Source of the DNA: an uncultured Verrucomicrobiae bacterium
GTDB lineage: Bacteria; Verrucomicrobiota; Verrucomicrobiia; Chthoniobacterales; UBA10450
Length of the DNA: 64,000 nt
Direction: 5' to 3'
Assembly: GCA_963834385.1 (NCBI GenBank)
Contig: CAWIBO010000005.1
Location: 576,001-640,000, forward strand
In this document: positions 34,100 through 43,459 of the stretch, piece by piece
Layout of the letters: every line of letters starts with the position of its first letter
Position numbering within the stretch: position 1 is the stretch's first letter
Program-made: the position numbers and the translations under genes
Notes under the pieces: generated by a model
Database searches by the model: none
The model's input: the letters and a program-made list of their open reading frames with translations, nothing else
What the model was told of the DNA's origin: nothing

Positions 34100-34452
34100 G
34101 CCGTGAGGATGGAGGATTGAGAATGGAGGATAGTCGGGAGATCGCCCCGGGTCCGTGCCCCCTTGTCAGCTCACTCTTTCCCCAACTTCCAGCTCTCCAA
34201 CTCCGAGCCGCCAGGCTCTCCGCTCCGCGCCCCAAGCTCCCCGCTTTGCGATCATCGTAAGCGGCTTACGATCGACCCCCTTCCCCTCGGATCAGTGATC
34301 CGTAATCTGTGAACAGCCCCCCGCCCCCAGCTCCGTGCCCTCTCCCTTTCAGCTTTCAGCTTCAGCTGTCAGCATTTTCTTCCAGCTCCAAGCTCCCGCT
34401 CCATGCCCCGCCCATCTTCCATCTTCCAGCTTCCAGCTCCGAGCCGCCAGGC
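34100..34452. repeat. Mosaic repeat array (7-mers GGATGGA/CCAGCTT, 8-mer block, copy 2 of the 31-bp palindrome)
   Basis: GAGGATGGAGGATTGAGAATGGAGGAT, CCATCTTCCATCTTCCAGCTTCCAGCTCC and TTTCAGCTTTCAGCTTCAGCTGTCAGC. Confidence 0.82.
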
Positions 34453-34454
34453 TC

Positions 34455-35237
34455 CTACCGTTCGTCTTCGAAACGCAGGTGTTTCACGGTGAGCCCGTGG
34501 TTGATCAGTTCGGTCAGGGAATCGATCCCGATCCGGAGATGGAGATCGAGGTATTTGGTCGTGACCACGTCGTCGCTCGCCGCAGTTTTCACCCCTTCGG
34601 GCACCATTGGTTGGTCCGAGACCAAAAGGAGCGCGCCGGTCGGGATCTTGTTATGAAAACCGGTGATGAAAATCGTCGCTGTCTCCATGTCGATGCCCAT
34701 GCACCGAATCCGCGAGAGATACTTCTTGAAGTTGTCGTCGTGTTCCCAGACCCGCCGGTTGGTCGTGTAGACCGTGCCGGTCCAGTAATCGCGGCCATGG
34801 TTCCGGATGGTGGTTGAGATCGCTTTCTGGAGCGAAAACGCGGGCAGCGCCGGCACTTCCGGCGGGAAATAGTCGGTCGAGGTTCCCTCGCCCCGGATGG
34901 CGGCGATCGGCAGGATCAGGTCGCCCAGCTTGTTCTTTTTCTTTAAGCCGCCGCATTTGCCGAGAAACAGGACCGCCTTCGGCTTGATCGCCCCGAGCAG
35001 ATCCATCACGGTCGCGGCGCTGGCGCTGCCCATCCCGAAGTTCAGGATGGAAATGCCGTGCGCGGTCGCGTTCGGCATCGGCCGATCGAGTCCCCGCACC
35101 TCGACGTTCGCCACTTCGGCGAAGCGCTTCACGTAATCGGTAAAATTGACCAGGAGAACATACTTCGAGAAATCCTTCAGCGGCGTCCCCGTGTAGCGCG
35201 GGAGCCAGTTGGCGACGATATCGGGTTTGGTCTTCAT
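34455..35237 (-). CDS. amn: AMP nucleosidase (short type)
   Basis: MKTK.DIV.NWLPRYTG, NFGMGS, FLGKCGGL, AIRGEGTS, VYTTNRRVWE and DMETAT. Confidence 0.93.
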   Translation of the reverse strand: MKTKPDIVANWLPRYTGTPLKDFSKYVLLVNFTDYVKRFAEVANVEVRGLDRPMPNATAHGISILNFGMGSASAATVMDLLGAIKPKAVLFLGKCGGLKKKNKLGDLILPIAAIRGEGTSTDYFPPEVPALPAFSLQKAISTTIRNHGRDYWTGTVYTTNRRVWEHDDNFKKYLSRIRCMGIDMETATIFITGFHNKIPTGALLLVSDQPMVPEGVKTAASDDVVTTKYLDLHLRIGIDSLTELINHGLTVKHLRFEDER

Positions 35238-35321
35238 GGAGTCCGCCAGCGCGGATTGGCTCCATGGTTAGCCGGTCCTGCAAGAAAGGGGAAGCGCGGA
35301 GCGCTGCGAGGGGGGTATTTG

Positions 35322-35762
35322 GACAGGATGGAGGATGGCAGAGCGTGAATGGTGAGTGGTGAATTGTGAATGGTAGGGAGGCGGCGGATTGCGGATCACG
35401 GTTCACAGATCACCTGACGGAAAAAGCTGAAACGCTGACAACTGAAAAGCTGACAGGGACGGGCGGCGGGCGTGGAAGGCTTCCCCTAATCCTGTTCATC
35501 CTGTAAATCCTGTCTGTCTGCAGCCTGGCCGATCTCAGGCTCGACGGAGTCTCGCCCTACCGGGGGAGGGCGGCGGCGTGAAGGGATGGTGAATTGAGAA
35601 TGGCGGGGGGCGGCGGGGAATGCGGACCACGGTTCACAGATCACCGATCTCTGATCACCGACCCCAAGAGCAAAAGCAGGATCAAGAGCAAGAGCAGATG
35701 ACGCCATCCCGACGCCCCATCGCGCCATCCGAAATCGCCCTCCCGATAACCGATAACCGCCG
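35322..35762. repeat. Mosaic repeat array including a ~220-bp composite unit also present at 39344-39553
   Basis: Module order: TGAATGG heptamers, GATCAC heptamers, AAAGCTGA octamers, AATCCTGT nonamers, then reverse GTAG REP (35538-35561). A GAGCAA/GAGCAG hexamer block follows. Confidence 0.92.
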
Positions 35763-35787
35763 TCCCGCCGCCCCTCACAAACTCCCC

Positions 35788-35815
35788 TTGCCGCTGGGAC
35801 GGCGGTCCCTACAGT
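35788..35815 (+). promoter_or_regulatory. Sigma70-like promoter of icd
   Basis: TTGCCG-N16-TACAGT, ending 9 nt before ATG 35825; no Shine-Dalgarno. Confidence 0.55.
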
Positions 35816-35824
35816 TTGCCCCCT

Positions 35825-37141
35825 ATGGCTTTCAAGGACCTGACCCCGCCCAAGGGCGATAAAATCTCGATCTCACAAGGGAAATTGACCGTGCCGGATC
35901 AGCCGGTGATTCCGTTCATCCGGGGCGACGGGACCGGGCCGGACATCTGGGCGGCGAGCGAGCGCGTCTTTGACGCCGCGGTTGAGAAAGCCTACGGCGG
36001 CAAAAAGAAGATTTCCTGGTTCGAGGTTTTTGCCGGCCAGGCGGCCAAGGACAAGTTCGATAACTGGCTCCCGGACGACACCGTGACCGGTTTTCGCGAA
36101 TACCTGGTTGGGATCAAGGGGCCCCTCACCACCCCGGTCGGCGGCGGCATCCGTTCGCTGAACGTGGCGCTCCGCCAGATGCTCGACCTCTACGTCTGCC
36201 TGCGGCCGGTGCAGTATTTCAAGGGGGTCCCCTCGCCCGTCAAACATCCCGAGAAGGTGGACATGGTCATCTTCCGCGAGAACACGGAAGACATCTACGC
36301 CGGGATCGAATACGCCGCCGGCACGCCGGAGGCGAAGAAGGTGCTCGATTTTCTCCAGAAAGAGTTTCCGAAACATTTCGAGAAGGTCCGGTTCGGAACG
36401 GAAGCCAAGGCCGCCGACTTCTGGAAGGCCGTGGGTGCGAAAGATTTTCCGACTGACGTCCGGGTGGGTGTCGGGTTCAAGCCGGTGAGCTATTCCGGGA
36501 GTGTGCGCCTGATCCACAGCGCCATCTCCTACGCGATCCAGAACAAGCGCAAATCGGTCACGCTCGTGCACAAGGGGAACATCATGAAGTTCACCGAGGG
36601 CGCGTTCCGCGACTGGGGTTACGAAATTGCGAAGACCCATTTCGGCGCGGAAGAGATCGACGGCGGACCGTGGTGCCGGATCCCGGACGGCAAACCGGGC
36701 GCCGGCCTCGTGATCAAGGACGCCATTGCCGATATCACCCTGCAGCAGGTGCTGACGCGTCCGGAAGACATCGACGTGATCGCGACCTTGAATTTAAACG
36801 GCGATTACCTGAGCGACGCGCTCGCGGCGCAAGTGGGCGGCATCGGGATCGCGCCCGGCGGGAACATCAACTACATCACGGGCCACGCCGTCTTCGAGGC
36901 GACGCACGGCACGGCGCCGAAATATGCCAACCAGGACAAGGTGAACCCGGGGTCGGTCATTCTTTCCGGCGAGATGATGTTCCGCTACATGAAATGGACC
37001 GAGGCGGCCGACCTGATCATCAAGGGATTAAACGGGGCGATCGCGAGCAAGCGGGTCACCTACGATTTTGCCCGGCTGATGGAAGGCGGGACGGAGATCA
37101 AGTGTTCCGAGTTCGGGCAGAACGTGATCGATCACATGTGA
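35825..37141 (+). CDS. icd: NADP-dependent isocitrate dehydrogenase
   Basis: [58 protein letters not shown] and [10 protein letters not shown]. Confidence 0.97.
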   Translation: MAFKDLTPPKGDKISISQGKLTVPDQPVIPFIRGDGTGPDIWAASERVFDAAVEKAYGGKKKISWFEVFAGQAAKDKFDNWLPDDTVTGFREYLVGIKGPLTTPVGGGIRSLNVALRQMLDLYVCLRPVQYFKGVPSPVKHPEKVDMVIFRENTEDIYAGIEYAAGTPEAKKVLDFLQKEFPKHFEKVRFGTEAKAADFWKAVGAKDFPTDVRVGVGFKPVSYSGSVRLIHSAISYAIQNKRKSVTLVHKGNIMKFTEGAFRDWGYEIAKTHFGAEEIDGGPWCRIPDGKPGAGLVIKDAIADITLQQVLTRPEDIDVIATLNLNGDYLSDALAAQVGGIGIAPGGNINYITGHAVFEATHGTAPKYANQDKVNPGSVILSGEMMFRYMKWTEAADLIIKGLNGAIASKRVTYDFARLMEGGTEIKCSEFGQNVIDHM

Positions 37142-37154
37142 TCGGACAGGTTCG

Positions 37155-37605
37155 CAATTCCTGGTTTAGAAATCGAATCAGGAAAGCAGGAAGGCAGGAG
37201 GAAAAGGGGCTTGAATGGTGTTTGTGAGTGGTTGGGAAGCGGCGAGATCTGATCACCCATTACTGATCACCGCTCACAGGCCCGAAAAGCGGGCCGTCTC
37301 TTTCCCCCTAATCCTGTTCATCCTGTAAATCCTGTCCTTCTGCAGCCTTATCGATCTCAGGCTCGACGGAGTCTCGCCCTACCGGGGGGCGGAAGCGAGG
37401 ATGGAGGATTGAGAATTGAGGATGGCCGGGATGCTGATCACGGTTCACTGATCACCTGCCTGCCTCACGCAGAGGCGCCAAGGGGATTATGTGGGGCGAA
37501 CGAGAGGAGGGAGACGAGCGGGACGGGCTCATACCCCGACCTTTTTCCTCAGTTCCTGCTTTCCTAATTCAACTTCTTCTTCTGGCTTCCTGGTTTCCAA
37601 ATTCA
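37155..37605. repeat. Mosaic repeat array (9-mer GCAGGAANN family, AATCCTGT nonamers, GTAG REP, heptamers)
   Basis: AATCAGGAAAGCAGGAAGGCAGGA and its inverse TTCCTGCTTTCCTAATT; reverse REP at 37360-37383. Confidence 0.88.
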
Positions 37606-37613
37606 ACGCTCTT

Positions 37614-39277
37614 TTAGGGCGCGGCTTTGATGCGCCAGAAGGCGCGGTCACCGGACGGGATGGCGGTGTCTTGCAGGGAACGGGTGGCCCAGGGCATGGT
37701 CTCGGGCGGAAGCGTTTGCACAGCCTCCCAGCCGAGGAACCCGGTTGAGCGCTCGAGGGTGTAGCGGAGTCCGTAGAGGGCTGGAAAGGTGAGCGTGGGC
37801 CATCCCCGCGGACGATCCACGCCATCGTGCTGATCTGCCGTTTCATCTCCTTTTGCGCCAGAAGCTGGGGTTCTTCGCTCGCCGGGAGCAGGTAGCGAAA
37901 CGCGGCCGGCAGTCGCGCTTTCCAGGCCGCCTCGTTGTGGGCGTCCCCGCATCCGGCGACAAACCAGACATCACTGTTGTGAGCGTATTGCTGCGCCAGA
38001 TGGATGTCGTACATCTTGAGCACGTCGTTCCAGTAACTGCCGCCCTCGAGCGTTCCCATGTCGAGATAAACCCGGAGCGGCTTTTTGGTTCCCCCGGCGA
38101 CCTGGTTGACGTAATTCGGCGAGGTCCAAAAGGCGGGTGAAAAGACTCCGATCCGGCCAAAGGTCGTAAATTCCCGCCCAAGATAGAGGGAGACCAAACC
38201 GCCCATGGAGGAGCCGAGCGTCACGGTGTTCGGCGGATCGTTCAACGTCCGGTAGGTCGTATCGACAAACGGTCGGACATTGTTGATGACAAAACTGGCG
38301 TAGGCGTCCGCCCGCCCCTGCGTGCTGTTGTAGCTGTCTGTCGGAGGCTGGTATTCCGGGATGCGGGCCGTGCCGTTATCGATCCCGACCAGGATCGCCT
38401 CGCGCATCCGGCCCTGCCCGATCTCGCGGGTGGCGGTGGCGTCAGCGCTCCACGAGCCAAACGTCCCGCCCGGATCGAAAACGTTCTGGCCATCGTGCAA
38501 ATAGACCACCGGATAACGCCGCGTCGTGTTCTGGTCGTAGCCCCGCGGCAAATAGATGCGCACGTTGCGGTCCGGGATGTTCGGCGCGGTCGAACCAACC
38601 AGGGCGGTTTCGATCCGGGGCGCTGAAACAACCGCGGGCGGTTGATAGGCAAACACGTTGCCGTCCTGGACGTGGAAGGCATCAAGTGGCGTGAGGTAAT
38701 TGGTGCCGGGAGCCGGGTTGTCCCAGCTCCCGGAACCGTTGTTAAAAACGAACTCGAGCGGTTCACCCGGTTCACCGATCCCCTCGATGCGGAATAATGA
38801 TTCGCCGGTGACCCGACCGTTGCCGACCCGGGTCATGGGCGTCGTGACCCATCCAGTGCCCTGGCGATGGAAGAGGTTCGCCTGCGGCCAGCCGCTCAGG
38901 TAGTAGATCGTTTTGCCGGCATACGGAGCGGGCGGCTGCGCCGTGACGTTGAGCGAAAGCACGCCGGTAAGGTCAAGGGCGTTGGCACTGTTGCACCACT
39001 GGTCGGAAGCGGTGGCCCGCCGGATATACTTATATTGCAAGGCAGTCCCCGCCTGGACAGCCAGTTGGCCGGTCCAGACGTTCCCGGCAGTAAACCGCAA
39101 CTTCGGCGCCTTGGTTACGTCCCAGGCCCCAAGGTCGGGATGGTTGCCGACGACGAAGACGCTGTTGCCAAAACCGACGTCGGCCGTGTGGCTGAACTGG
39201 ACGATTTCCCGATGAGGACTGGCCGCCGGAAGCGTCGCCGCGAGAAGGAAAAAGAGGCAGAAACGGAGGGCGCGCAC
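37614..39277 (-). CDS. Secreted CBM20 (starch-binding) plus alpha/beta-hydrolase (putative esterase) with C-terminal 'YTLERS..W...FWR' domain; frameshift near 37840
   Basis: VFVVGNHPDLGAWD...YKYIR (CBM20); EFVFNNG.G.WDN; YLP.GY, YPVVYLHDGQN, GSSMGG and HNEAAW. C-terminal domain in ORF 37614..37952. Confidence 0.87.
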
Positions 39278-39343
39278 GGGGGGCGGTTATTGTCGTGCTT
39301 GGCGGGAGATTGGCAAGGGGCGGTTGGGGCGGGGGGGGGCGGG

Positions 39344-39602
39344 GCGTGAATGGTGAGTGGTGAATTGTGAATGGTCGGGAAGCGGCAGATCACGGATCAC
39401 CGTTCACCGATCGCCTGAGGCGGAAAAGCTGAAAAGCTGACAGGGACGGGCGGCGGGCGTGGAAGGCTTCCCCTAATCCTGTTCATCCTGTAAATCCTGT
39501 CCTTCTGCAGCCTGGCCGATCTCAGGCTCGACGGAGTCTCGCCCTACCGGGGGGCGGCGGATGGATGCACCGGATCACCGATCACTGATCACCGACTCCC
39601 CG
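39344..39602. repeat. Composite repeat unit, near-identical to 35343-35566
   Basis: Same module order and shared unique linker CAGGGACGGGCGGCGGGCGTGGAAGGCTTCCCCTAATCC; reverse REP at 39525-39548. Confidence 0.92.
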
Positions 39603-39666
39603 AGCTCCGGCTCGCGGCACCCCGGGCTGGTCGCGGGTCTTCTTTGCTGCTTAGGTGGGAGGTGCC

Positions 39667-41238
39667 ATGAGCGCAGACCTTTGGGATCGATTCCAACGCC
39701 ACTACCTTCTTTACGAGGATCTTGGCTTCTCTCTCGATATCAGCCGGATGCGGTTCCCGGATGATTTCCTTTCATCCATGGCGGGCGCGGCCGGCCGTGC
39801 CTTTGCCGAAATGAAGGAATTGGAGGCGGGCAAGATCGCCAACCCCGACGAACAACGGATGGTCGGCCATTATTGGCTGCGCGCCCCGCACCTCGCCCCC
39901 GAGCCCGGTTTGCGCGCCGGCATTGAAACGACCCTCCGCCGGATCAAGCGGTTCGCCTCCGACGTCCAGGTCGGCCGGATCAGCGCGCCCGATGGCCGTC
40001 CGTTTGAGCACCTCATCGTGGTCGGGATCGGCGGTTCAGCTCTCGGGCCGCAGTTCATGGCCGACGCGCTCGGCTCCGGCCGCGACCCTCTCAGCGTTTC
40101 GTTCCTCGATAACACCGATCCTGACGGCTTTGACCGTGTTTTCGCCGGCCTGGACGATCATCTGGCCCACACCCTGGTGATTGTCATTTCCAAATCCGGC
40201 GGCACTAAAGAAACCCGAAACGGCATGCTGGAGACTGCAGCGCAGTTCGAGGCGGCCGGGCATGATTTCGGCCGGCATGCCGTGGCGGTGACCGGTGAAG
40301 GCAGCGAACTCGATCAACACGCCCGCGAGAACAAATGGCTCGAGATCTTCCCCATGCACGACTGGGTGGGCGGGCGCACCTCGGTCATGAGCGCGGTCGG
40401 GCTCCTGCCGGCGGCTCTCCAGGGTTTCGACATTGACCGTCTGCTGGCGGGAGCCGCGGCCATGGATGCGCACACGCGCAGCGAAGAAGTCGAAGAGAAC
40501 GCGGCCATGCTCCTGGCATTGATGTGGCATTATGCGGGGAACGGCCGGGGCGAAAAAGACATGGTCATCCTGCCCTATAAAGACCGCCTGGCTCTTTTTA
40601 GCCGCTACCTTCAGCAGCTCGTCATGGAATCGCTGGGCAAGGAGAAAGACCGGGACGGGACAACGGTGCACCAGGGAATCGCGGTCTACGGAAACAAGGG
40701 CTCAACCGATCAACATGCCTACGTCCAGCAGTTGCGCGATGGCATCGCCAATTTCTTCGTCACCTTTATCGAGGTGCGCCGCGGACGGTCCGGCCCCAGA
40801 CGGGAAGTCGAACCGGGCGTGACCAGCGGGGATTACCTGCAGGGCTTTCTCCGCGGAACCCGCGCCGCGCTCTACGAGAACGACCGGGAATCGATCACCA
40901 TTTCCATTCCCGAGGTCAGCGCCTTTGAGGTGGGCGCCCTGATCGCGCTCTACGAGCGGGCGGTCGGGTTTTACGGCTCTCTCGTCAACGTCAACGCCTA
41001 TCACCAGCCCGGGGTGGAGGCCGGGAAAAAGGCGGCCACCCGGCTGCTGGAACTACAGGGAAAAGTCGTGCAGGCGCTTCGGCACAAACCGGCGCAAACG
41101 GCGGAAGAAATCGCGGGCGCAGTCGGGGCCAACCCGGAGGACGTCTTTCATCTGCTCGAGCATCTGGCGGCAAACGGCGTCGCCACCCGGGAGCGCGCCG
41201 GGAAACCCGCCTCCGCGAGATTCAGTTCTTCCGACTAG
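39667..41238 (+). CDS. pgi: Glucose-6-phosphate isomerase
   Basis: [52 protein letters not shown] and QPGVEAGK. Confidence 0.97.
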   Translation: MSADLWDRFQRHYLLYEDLGFSLDISRMRFPDDFLSSMAGAAGRAFAEMKELEAGKIANPDEQRMVGHYWLRAPHLAPEPGLRAGIETTLRRIKRFASDVQVGRISAPDGRPFEHLIVVGIGGSALGPQFMADALGSGRDPLSVSFLDNTDPDGFDRVFAGLDDHLAHTLVIVISKSGGTKETRNGMLETAAQFEAAGHDFGRHAVAVTGEGSELDQHARENKWLEIFPMHDWVGGRTSVMSAVGLLPAALQGFDIDRLLAGAAAMDAHTRSEEVEENAAMLLALMWHYAGNGRGEKDMVILPYKDRLALFSRYLQQLVMESLGKEKDRDGTTVHQGIAVYGNKGSTDQHAYVQQLRDGIANFFVTFIEVRRGRSGPRREVEPGVTSGDYLQGFLRGTRAALYENDRESITISIPEVSAFEVGALIALYERAVGFYGSLVNVNAYHQPGVEAGKKAATRLLELQGKVVQALRHKPAQTAEEIAGAVGANPEDVFHLLEHLAANGVATRERAGKPASARFSSSD

Positions 41239-41274
41239 CACCCGGTCGTCCCCTCGCTATTTTTCCCGGTCATC

Positions 41275-41973
41275 ATGGCGCACCAACCCGACCCCGGCGG
41301 AGGCATGGAAGTCCAATGGCAGGATTTTGTCCGGTTCCTGCGCCAGCTCAGCCATGACCTGCGCAACCATCTCAACGCCATGGAGCTGCAGTCAGCGCTC
41401 CTGAACGAACTGCTCTCCGACCCCGAGTTGAAAGACGAGGTGAAACGGCTGCGCGGCATGATCGCCGAGACGAGCAACGCCTTGCAAAAGCTCGTGAACG
41501 CGGCCAATCCCCCCACTCCCAACACCATGGAGTATAAGGCGTCCGACCTTTTCGAGGACATCCAGAACCGCGTTGCCGCCACTTTCCCGGAACAAAAGGA
41601 CCAGATTGAATGGTCCGCCGGAGGGGAGACGGGAGAGGTGGAAATTGATCCGCAGCTGCTGCCGGAAGCCTTTCTGGAGATCTTCCGCAATGCCTTCCAG
41701 CACGGGCGGGAGGAAGGGCCGATCACGGTGGCGGCCGGGGTTGAGGGTGGGACCTTTTCGATTGTCATTTCCGAGCCAAAAAGCGGGTTTGACCGGGAGA
41801 CGGCTTCCTGGGGACGTCAGCCGCTGCACGACGTTTCCCGCGGGCATTATGGCCTTGGCCTGACCCGGGCACGCGCTATTCTAAAATCTCACCATGGTGA
41901 CCTGCGCGCCCATCACGACCCTGCCCAGTCCCGTCTCGTCACGACGGCCAGCCTCCCGCTTCGGCGCGGCTGA
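41275..41973 (+). CDS. Sensor-less histidine kinase (HisKA plus degenerate HATPase)
   Basis: H-box QLSHDLRNHL, N-box EIFRNAFQH and G2 GLGL; no N-terminal input or TM domain. Confidence 0.8.
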   Translation: MAHQPDPGGGMEVQWQDFVRFLRQLSHDLRNHLNAMELQSALLNELLSDPELKDEVKRLRGMIAETSNALQKLVNAANPPTPNTMEYKASDLFEDIQNRVAATFPEQKDQIEWSAGGETGEVEIDPQLLPEAFLEIFRNAFQHGREEGPITVAAGVEGGTFSIVISEPKSGFDRETASWGRQPLHDVSRGHYGLGLTRARAILKSHHGDLRAHHDPAQSRLVTTASLPLRRG

Positions 41974-41997
41974 GTCGGGTCGAGGCATCGCCCGATC

Positions 41998-43395
41998 ATG
42001 AAGGCGTCGCCCCGGCTCGTCCTCATCATCGACGACGAACGCCCGATCCTGCTCACGCTGGACGCCCTGCTCAAGCGACACGGCTACGAAACGGAGACGG
42101 CGGCCACGGCTGCGGCCGGGCTTCGCGCGATCAAGAGCAAAGGCCCGGGCCTGGTCCTGCTCGATCTCCAGCTGCCTGACGCCGACGGCCTGCAGATGCT
42201 CGAGCAGATCAAGAAGGAACATCCCGAGACGCAGGTGATCATCCTGACGGCGCACGATTCGTTGAGCAACGCCATCGAGTCGATCAAGAAGGGCGCCTAT
42301 CATTTTATCAGCAAACCGTATGCGCCGGAGGAGCTGCTTTCCCTGGCCGAGAAGGCCCTGGAGAAACAGTCACTCCTGCGCGAGACCGAGGAGCTGCGCG
42401 AAAAGACGCTCGCCCTGCAGAAGCGCCTCGAGCTAGCCGAGACCAGGCTGGCCCCGATTTTCCAAAGCAAATCCATGGGCGAGATCGACGAGCTGATCAC
42501 GGCCATGGCCCCCTCGGAAGCGAATGTGCTCGTCACGGGCGAGAGTGGCGTGGGCAAGGAGGTCATCGCCAACGTCATCCACAGCCGCAGCCTGCGGGCC
42601 ACCAAGCCGATGGTGAAGTTGAACTGCGCGGCTTTTCCCCAGGCCATGATCGAATCCGAGCTTTTCGGCTATGTGAAAGGAGCGTTCACCGGGGCCACCC
42701 AGGATTTCCGGGGCATGATTGCGGAAGCGTCCGGCAGCACCCTGTTCCTCGACGAGATCTCCGAGATGCCGCCGGATTTGCAAACCCGGTTTCTCCGCGT
42801 GCTCCAGGAGCGCGAATATCGCCCGCTCGGCAGCACGAAAACCCTGAAGGCCGATTTCCGGGTCATCGCCGCAACGAACCGGCCGATCCAGCAGGCGCTC
42901 GCGCAAAACCAGCTCCGCTCCGATCTTTATTATCGCCTGAACACCTTCCAGATCGAGATTCCCCCGCTGCGGGAACGCCGCGAGGACATTCCGCCGCTGG
43001 TCTCAAATTTCGTGAAACGCTTCGCCCATCAGCTCGGGAGGCCGGAGCCGGAGATCTCGGGGGATGCCTTCCAGAAGCTCCTCGAATATTCCTGGCCCGG
43101 GAATGTGCGCGAGCTGCAAAACGCCATCGAGTATGCGGTGGTGCTGGCCCGCAACAACGTCGTGTCGATCAAGGAACTGCCGGCGGAGGTCCAGCTCCCG
43201 GTCGCGCTTCAGCAGGTCGAGCGCGCGAACGGCCACGCCGCCGGGGTGCAAAGCCTCGACGACCTCGAGCGGAATGCCATTCTCCAGGCCCTCGCTCAAT
43301 CCCACGGCAACAAGAAAAAGGCAGCCGAACTGCTCGGCATCCAGCGCCCCACGCTTTACAACAAGATGAAGCGCTACGCGATTGACCTCCGCTGA
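41998..43395 (+). CDS. Sigma54-dependent response regulator (NtrC/AtoC family)
   Basis: Receiver (IIDDE, LLDL.LPD, FISKP), AAA+ (GESGVGKE, ESELFG..KGAFTGA, FLDEI, WPGNVREL) and Fis-type HTH. Confidence 0.96.
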   Translation: MKASPRLVLIIDDERPILLTLDALLKRHGYETETAATAAAGLRAIKSKGPGLVLLDLQLPDADGLQMLEQIKKEHPETQVIILTAHDSLSNAIESIKKGAYHFISKPYAPEELLSLAEKALEKQSLLRETEELREKTLALQKRLELAETRLAPIFQSKSMGEIDELITAMAPSEANVLVTGESGVGKEVIANVIHSRSLRATKPMVKLNCAAFPQAMIESELFGYVKGAFTGATQDFRGMIAEASGSTLFLDEISEMPPDLQTRFLRVLQEREYRPLGSTKTLKADFRVIAATNRPIQQALAQNQLRSDLYYRLNTFQIEIPPLRERREDIPPLVSNFVKRFAHQLGRPEPEISGDAFQKLLEYSWPGNVRELQNAIEYAVVLARNNVVSIKELPAEVQLPVALQQVERANGHAAGVQSLDDLERNAILQALAQSHGNKKKAAELLGIQRPTLYNKMKRYAIDLR

Positions 43396-43459
43396 CCGCG
43401 TTGAGGTGTGCGGCTCCCGACATGGCGCCCCGCGTGGGCGCGGCTAAGTTGAGGCATCC

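Noticed and set aside
35251..35265. 15-nt match (ATGGAGCCAATCCGC, minus strand) to the hemW start at 1945
   Set aside because: A few 15-mer matches are expected by chance in 64 kb of GC-rich DNA, and the similarity does not extend.
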